A stretch of 64,000 nucleotides of DNA from Owenia fusiformis. Taxonomy: Eukaryota. The stretch's first letter is position 1. Each line of letters opens with the position of its first letter. The stretch spans positions 8,494,001 to 8,558,000 of the forward strand of contig CAIIXF020000001.1 of NCBI GenBank assembly GCA_903813345.2, given 5' to 3'. Shown one piece after another: positions 56,874 to 64,000 of this stretch. The notes beneath the pieces were generated by a model. The model saw nothing but the letters and a program-made list of their open reading frames with translations, had not been told where the DNA came from and did not search any database. The position numbers were made by a program, and so were the translations under genes.

Positions 56874-58413
56874 TACAGCTCCTAAATGACCTTATAAGTC
56901 AAAAATCTGAATGCACAACTTTTCATATTGAAATTTTACACTGTTTGGCTCACTATAGAACAGAACTGACCAATCAACTGTCTCCTTTCTTTCATTCATC
57001 AATTTTTTGACAAATTAAAACTTGAGGTTGATAGTTTTCTCAAATGTATGAAAATTAAGAAAATTCTAGGATATTTAGAGAAATCTAGAACATCTATACA
57101 AGGTGAATCTAGAGGTTAACTTGGAGACGGGTTTAAATTCTGGGGTACCTCCTCTTAACCATAGGCTTGGGAACATGTAGAAAAAGATCATGTGGAATCC
57201 ACCAAGTAAAGACTTTCTTTGGTGGAATTGACTCAATCTTTTTTATACATGTTCCTGGGCCTAAACCCCCATTAACCCCAATCTGTATATTAAAAAGGGG
57301 CAACAAGGCCTGTAGAGAAGGAATAAGAAAATTTTAACTTTTTCTGAGCTATCAAGGCAACATTTGGCTTAACATCGTGTCTTTGACATACCTATTTTCT
57401 TAAAATGTATGGATAAACTATCAATTTCAGCATAAAGAAGTGTAAATTCAGTTCAAAGCTTCAAAAGGGGGAAATCCACTTTTATATTTTTAAGATCCAC
57501 CATTTTTCAAGAGGAATATCAGCTGAAATAATGTTCATCTAGGGGGTTTCTTTTTAGATAATAAAAATAGATGAAAGTCTTGATGAATTATCTTCTGCAC
57601 TACTGTAATTGTTACACCATGTCCCCATTCGATTGTGCAAAAGCTGAAAGAAGTATGTGTACTTTAAAATAAGAAAGTAATCCAATTATGAAGCCATTAA
57701 AATTTTTAACATCATGACATACCTTAATTTTCAAATAAAACTTATTATATGAAGAAAAGTAGGCTATTTGGGACTAGAAAGCCAAGCAAGAAATAGCTAT
57801 TTGGGATTTATAGTTTAGATAATCTTTTAAAGATGGCAACTGTGTAGTAACATTTTGAACCTTTATCCAATCAAACAAGAGATTGTAGTGTAAGCTGGCT
57901 GCGTGATTGTAGTCTACACTATTGACTCACTTTAAAACTATTTAGGATCAGATTATGAAATGAAACCGTGTAGTAGCCTATAAAATCTTCAGTGGGAGGA
58001 AAAAGAAAGTTTTTCTGACAAAAGTAACCAATTTGCAATTAAATGAGAGGCCTGTTGAGGTAAGAATACCTGTTTTATTGAATATGAATATGTAAGCGTC
58101 ACCGTATTTGTGAAACAAAGTTGTGTGTTCGAATCTAACACCTAAAAACAGATTGCAAAAAAACTTATTGCGTTTGACTTTGACTTTTTTTTAGCCAAAG
58201 TAAGTCTCTCTGCTATTTAGGGGCCTGATCTATTTACAGATGGGTGTAGTTCATTAATACCCTTAGAGTCTAGTTATTACTACCCTCTGCCTAGTATTAT
58301 ATTACAGTTTAGTAACAAAGCCCATGCCAGGGGTGTAGCCAGGATTAGTGGCCGTAGTGCGCGAGGGTGAATCGCGAGCATAGGCCAAGGGTAAAGAAAT
58401 AGTAAGCCGTATA

Positions 58414-58959
58414 TTATCCCGTTCCCGGACTATAGTCCTGCACTGATCGCATTCATTTGCCTGTACGATTACAACTTGGGAGAATTATCTACGCCCCTTA
58501 CACTTAAGATACCTACCTCAATGCATTATAGAACTCAAGATGTAACTTCTAATATATTGGAACCGCCGATTGTCTGGGTATATCGGCAGAACGGGAACAT
58601 TTTCTCTTTTTCATCGAGAGAGATTCCATCACTTTTCAAAATGGCGGTTGGATTTAAAAGGGGAATCCCCCGTTTGGCTGTCCCGGATGTAGCCCGGAAG
58701 TACCAATATGGAGGAATTTGACGGTTGAAATAAGTTAAATGTTACACGCAAATATTGCGATCAAAAACGAAAATGTCTTCGTTCTGCCGATAAACCCAGA
58801 CAATTGTGGATTCAACTACACGAAAAGAATGCTAAATTACCAAGGAATCTATTGAAGTAGGTATCTGAAGTGTAAGATCAGTAAAAAATTCTCCCATGTT
58901 GTAATCGCACAGGCAAAAGATTGAGATGTTCACAGGACCATAGTCCGGGAACGGGATAA
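58414..58959. mobile_element. Mutator-like MITE nested in another TIR element (about 58372-59527)
   Basis: Same TIR family as 41299-43027, flanked by a GCCGTATA duplication. The host arm is mirrored at 59471-59526. Confidence 0.8.
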
Positions 58960-59872
58960 GCCGTATATAGAAGAGACAGGTGAACAACTCTGACTTATAG
59001 GACTTATTAAGATGGAGATTTCAACAATATTTAGTGTATTATTTTCAAAAAGCCATGGGGAGTTGATAGAAAATTGATAGTTTGTAGCTCTTACCTAAGA
59101 TTGAAACTCAGTCAGATGATATAGAGTGAATAATGCTGTCTAAAAGAGAGAATTTCTGAAAACCTACAATTGCTTGGCAAGTTCATTAGTAAACAAAACA
59201 AGTGATCTGATTGGTCACTGCTGACCTCCCTGACCTCCACCAGTGACAATCAGTTTCAGCTTGCCAGGCAATTGCAGGTATCCATAGTTGTTGTTTTATA
59301 TGCAGTATTATATGCAGTTTTTAGATAAAGATTTGAAAAAAACAATGATATAAGTTTGAAAAACACTTTGAAGAAGATTTTCGAGAGATTTGGGAATACA
59401 ATTTGATACCAGTAAGGAGAACTAGTGCCAAGACTAAAAAAATTTGAAAAATTTTCAATCTTACTTGTGGACCTGTCTCTTCTATATACAGCTTACTATT
59501 ACTTTTCCCTTGGCCTATGATCGCGAGGCCGAAGGCCGAGCCAAACTACCAAAATGCTTTGCGAACATGGTGATTTTTCGAATGTTTACTTGATAACTGC
59601 AATCTGCAATCCGCGCGAAAATATAAACACGCGAAGTTAATGAATTTATAAAACATGTGAAAATTTACCCCCGCATAAATTAAGATGTCTACAGTATGTG
59701 TAGTGTGTACTGTTGATGAATTGACCTGATGGCATGGGCACTTCGGTATTTTCTAGAAAATATTCAGTTGACTGCGGAAAAGTGCCTCCCATTTATATAG
59801 ACCTCACTTCACAAGTTTACCTCCACAAATATGCTGTTTCAGGTCATACTTATAGGTCTTCTTGACCTGCAG

Positions 59873-60372
59873 GGCTTTGTATAAAAAACCTCCTACCTCA
59901 TACCCACCTTCCCACGTACGTGGGACATGATACAGTCTTTGAAGGGTTCGATTTTAAAGATCTTAGTTTATTAAATCTTAGTTTATGATGAACTATAGAT
60001 GCATTTGTAATGACCCTTGATAGCAAGTTGCTACTACATCCCAGCTGGGTTCGATTCCCACAAGGGGCATCAAATTTAGAACACTTTCTATCAATTTCTT
60101 TATCTGGCTTGTTGGATCTATGCTCGTAGTCGTAAGTTATTTATTCCCCTGGGGCGCCCTCGGGTCATTACACATTAAAATGCATCCATATGCCTTTATT
60201 TATGGATCTGTCATCTGTCTAGTCATAAAATAAAACCGGAATTGTAGAATTGTTAATAGTTTGAGCTATTTTGAGATTTAATAATCTTTCAAATTGAACC
60301 CTTCAATGACTGTATCATGTTCCACGTAGGTGGGTAGGTGGGTATGAGGTAGGAGGTTTTTTATACAAAGCC
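59873..60372. mobile_element. 500-bp Mutator-like foldback MITE
   Basis: GGCTTTGTATAAAAAACCTCCTACC / GGTAGGAGGTTTTTTATACAAAGCC, 9-bp TSD GACCTGCAG. Confidence 0.88.
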
Positions 60373-60707
60373 GACCTGCAGCTATTGATATAAATCTAGG
60401 CATTCTATTGAATTCTCTAGAACTAAGAAAACTATAGTATAGCTTATGACCTCATGTTTTTGGCACAGGAACTTTGTATCAACACCTACATCTAGTGGCC
60501 AAATTGGATTCTTGAAGAACATTGGACCCCAGGACAGTGAACTTTTCTAGGGAGAAACTATAGTTTGGCGATATAAGTTCTTGTTGTTTTTGTTCATTCT
60601 TTTTTTTAAATGTTTACTCTTCTCAGCTATCTCATCTTGAAGATGTTCATCTGAGTTCAGTAAGTAGTATGTCAGTATAACACCTGAATCAGAAAACTAT
60701 ATATATA

Positions 60708-62176
60708 GGGTTTGTAGAAAAACCGGGTACCGGGTAGTAAATCCTCCATGCCGGGTTCAAACTTGGTACCCAGTACCCGGTCGAAAAAACCAGGTACCTA
60801 AAAACGAAAAATACAAAAATATAACATAATTAGATCATTAGAAAACGTATAAGATTTGTTTTGAATTTACAAAAGTGTATGTAACTGCCTTCAAAATTGA
60901 GCTAGAAGCTTCAAATAAAAAGCATTTTAAGGCCCTTTTCTTCCTTTATCATCATGGTCATATTTTATCGCACCATCAAACCCCCTCCTGGCTAAGACTA
61001 TGACATTGTAAGACGATTTGAAAAACATGACAAATCAATCTTACTCTATATTAGAGGTGTGAATTTTTAATCGATCATCGATTAATTGATCGACACACAT
61101 TTAATCGAATAAGATTCTTATCACTCAATTAACTGATTCTCAAAAAGTTAATCTTCAATATCCCGCCGCGAGTAAGCTTACGTGACGTCACTGACTGATT
61201 GAGCAGTGAATGTCAGGTTGCCACGCCAAGCTCAAACTACCAAACAAACTAATTACCCGAAGACTGACACTTACCTGTGACCTTTGTTGTTTTTTGAGTT
61301 TAATACCAATCCAATACATCCCATTGGTTTATTCAGTAGAAGTATGCGATCAAATTCAAGGTGAATAGTGGTGTATAATTTGAATGCAACCGTCCCAATT
61401 TTATTCAGTCCAGAAGCAGTCGAAAAATGGCGACAACACCAGGAAAAAGAAGTTATGTATGGAAATATTTCAACAAAGAAGACGATGATCGCGTCAAATG
61501 TTTGCTCTGCAATAATAAATACGAATATTCAAACAGTACATCTACTCTAAGCTACCACTTGTCAAATGCACACGGGGAAACTCCGAAAATAAATACTCCG
61601 ACGTCGCCAATAACTTCATTTCTAGTCAGAAAGTCGGGACCCGTTTCTAAACTTGCCGCTGAAGATATCACTTATAAATTTGTCAATATGATTGTGGTCG
61701 ACCTTCGTCCGATATCGCTTGTAGAAGGGCGAGGCTTTAATAGAACTAATGGGACATTTACGCCCAGGGTACAATGTGCCGAAGCGCAAAACAATAACTC
61801 GTCGTATGGAATTAGAATTTGAGAAGGGTCAGATATCAGATTGGGGTCGATTAACCGATGATTAATCGATTAATATGTTTCGTTGATCGATTAAGTAATG
61901 TGCCATCGGTGCACACCTCTACTCTATATGACCATGATGAGCCTTTTAAATGCTTTTTATTTGAAGCTTCTAGCTCAATTGCTCAATTTTTAAGGAAGTT
62001 ACATACATTTTTGTAAATCCAAAACAAATCTTACACATTTTCTAATGATCTAATTACGTTATATTTTCATATTTTTCTTTTTTTAGTACCCGGTTTTTAT
62101 GACCGGGTACCAAGTTTGAACCCAGCATGGAGGATTTACTACCCAGTACCCGGTACCTGGTTTTTTCTACAAACCC
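60708..62176. mobile_element. foldback element with about 250-bp TIRs in a TA tract
   Basis: GGGTTTGTAGAAAAA / TTTTTCTACAAACCC, with CCGGGTAC subterminal repeats. Hosts a hAT. Confidence 0.8.
61052..61921 (+). mobile_element. deleted hAT transposon retaining a BED zinc-finger N-terminus (ORF 61427-61822)
   Basis: TIR TAGAGGTGTG / CACACCTCTA, 8-bp TSD CTCTATAT. Peptide SYVWKYF..VKCLLC..TSTLSYHLSNAH..DLRPISLVEGRGF. Confidence 0.9.
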
Positions 62177-63279
62177 ATATATCTGATAGAGTCAGAATAA
62201 AGTACCAATCATCAATACTTGCATTCATTGTTTTCATGCTGTAGTACTTGTCTTCTCATTGGTCAATCACATGTCATGTGATTAAAAATCAAAAGTGGTA
62301 TTTCATCCATACGCCAAAATGATGTATTAATCATTGAATATCCTGTGATATTCATTATTCAACTATCATGACATCATAGCTCAAATTCCCCGGAAAATAT
62401 GTCCTTTGGCAAGTGTGTGGTGCTCATCAAATCATAATTGATTAGACAACAAGTCCACACTATAGTCTCAGAGACTGATGATAACAATTGAAAATGTAGC
62501 CTTTTTGAAATTGTGAAATTAAAATAGTTATTTCCACGTGGCTATGAGTCTATCTTATCTTGGACAGTGCAATAGATATTACATAACATTTATTTTTCAG
62601 TTATTCTTGGTCGAGCACAAAGTCGATTAACGATTATAAAATAATCATAATTAAAGATAATTAAAAATATACATATGTTTTTAATTATCATGATAATATA
62701 TGCAGTTATATTCCATTTGCATCATTGGTGACAAAATGTTTCTACTTTCCAAGTGAATGTCGAGTCTAACATCATACAAATGTAATTTTAGGCGATCTGT
62801 CTACATGGGGTGATATACTACCTAGGATAAAGATGTGTATTGACTTATCATGTATTTTCAATCTGCTGTACTTATAGTTTGTGGAAAGTTACTGGTTAGA
62901 TGGCTGAGCCAGTCATGGAGAACCCTCTGCTGGCTGGAGGACAGCCTCAGTTTACCAAAATGGTGTCAGACTTACAAGGTATGTACAAGTAACATACAGC
63001 CCACTACACCAAATTGTCTTTATACCCATAGGTCTAACCCAAGTTAAAAGACCAGGGAAAATAGCCCTGATTCTGAGCATAATGCTGATGGCAAGAACTT
63101 TAAAAAAAAATAGATTTATATGTCTTTACGATGGAACAAATTCATAAGAACTCGTGTATTTGAAAAAACTAAACTCAGTACCCCAGTAAGAAACTGGATA
63201 TTATATCTCTGGAGAATGAAAAAATTCAAGTAGCATGTCTTATCATGTTTTATATACACGTTATCCCCCCTATATCCTA

Positions 63280-63680
63280 TCCCCCTCCATCCAATATTAA
63301 TTTATTTCGATTATTTTTTGTATAATGCATGGAAACTAACTTTAAAAAGTAAGCAATGTCATTAGTATTGTTATAATAATGTCCCTTATACCTATTTATT
63401 ACAGGTCGTGTAGACCATTGTTGCCCGATTTATAGCAAAAACATTGACTCTTGCACGTTGGTGATGATGCACCTTTTTTTTAAAAGATCTCATATCTTAG
63501 AAGGGTATCAGTTCAAAAAAAATACTAGATGGCCTCAAATATTTTGCCATGCACTGCGCCTATTCATTTGGCAATTCAGTTATAAATTTTCTCTTGAAAA
63601 AATAAATCTTCCAAATTTGTTGAGTTTTCTTACAGAAATCGCCTAATCCCCCCTCCATCCATTTTGTATGATCACCGGGC
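63280..63680. repeat. fragment of the repeat family also at about 46200-46340 (inverted) and 46530-46930
   Basis: Shared tatttattacaggtcgtgtag...gatttatagcaaaaa and tttctcttgaaaaaataaatcttc blocks. Confidence 0.7.
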
Positions 63681-64000
63681 GTGATATAGACTTTAAAGGA
63701 AGATCATGTACCATTTCTGCCTCCTTATGAAATATAAATCTTTTCTTTAGCCCATACTGTCTGGAATTAGAGAAAAACAAAAGATGTATACAGATTTGCT
63801 ATTTCATTCAGAGTATTTTTTGATGAAATTCATGTTTCTTTCGAACACTCATAAATTCATGCGTAGTTTTAGGCTTGAATGAGTGATCCAGCCTTCCCAA
63901 GGATTTTGTTTTTATTTCATCTGTGAGCCAAAATATGAAAAGCTAATTTGCTGGTGCTGTGTATGCATAGTTGTTATTGCATGAAATAGATTGGTGATCC

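Noticed and set aside
41176-58721. Recurrent ORF GELSTPLPLKKPTSMH in three places
   Set aside because: Translation of Mutator-like TIR sequence.
60020-60070. tRNA B-box-like GGTTCGATTCC
   Set aside because: No cloverleaf or A box, and it sits inside a MITE.

Overview
AT-rich animal genomic DNA. The repeat styles suggest an invertebrate, probably lophotrochozoan (inference). I reconstructed four complete spliced genes by hand, each with GT-AG junctions and consistent exon phase: WDR33 (minus, 14 coding exons, 897 aa), HDAC1/2-Rpd3 (minus, 14 exons, 522 aa), membralin/TMEM259 (minus, 10 coding exons, 792 aa) and BABAM1/MERIT40 (plus, 7 exons, 318 aa, mostly invisible in the ORF track). TMEM259 and BABAM1 lie head-to-head. 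Introns and intergenic DNA are packed with often nested transposons: hAT, Mutator-like, Kolobok-like, Academ, Tc1/mariner-like, Helentron-type satellite carriers and a 5'-truncated LINE. The most striking unexplained signal is an array of eight small stem-loops with covarying stems and an AUAAA-type pentaloop (sense NNCC-AUAAA-GGNN). It lies inside one intron of WDR33, whose product reads the AAUAAA poly(A) signal, and is a candidate autoregulatory RNA module. A candidate 5-nt poison microexon in HDAC1 and twin spaced palindromes in the bidirectional promoter also merit follow-up. Gene names and repeat superfamilies come from recognising motifs from memory, not from database searches.
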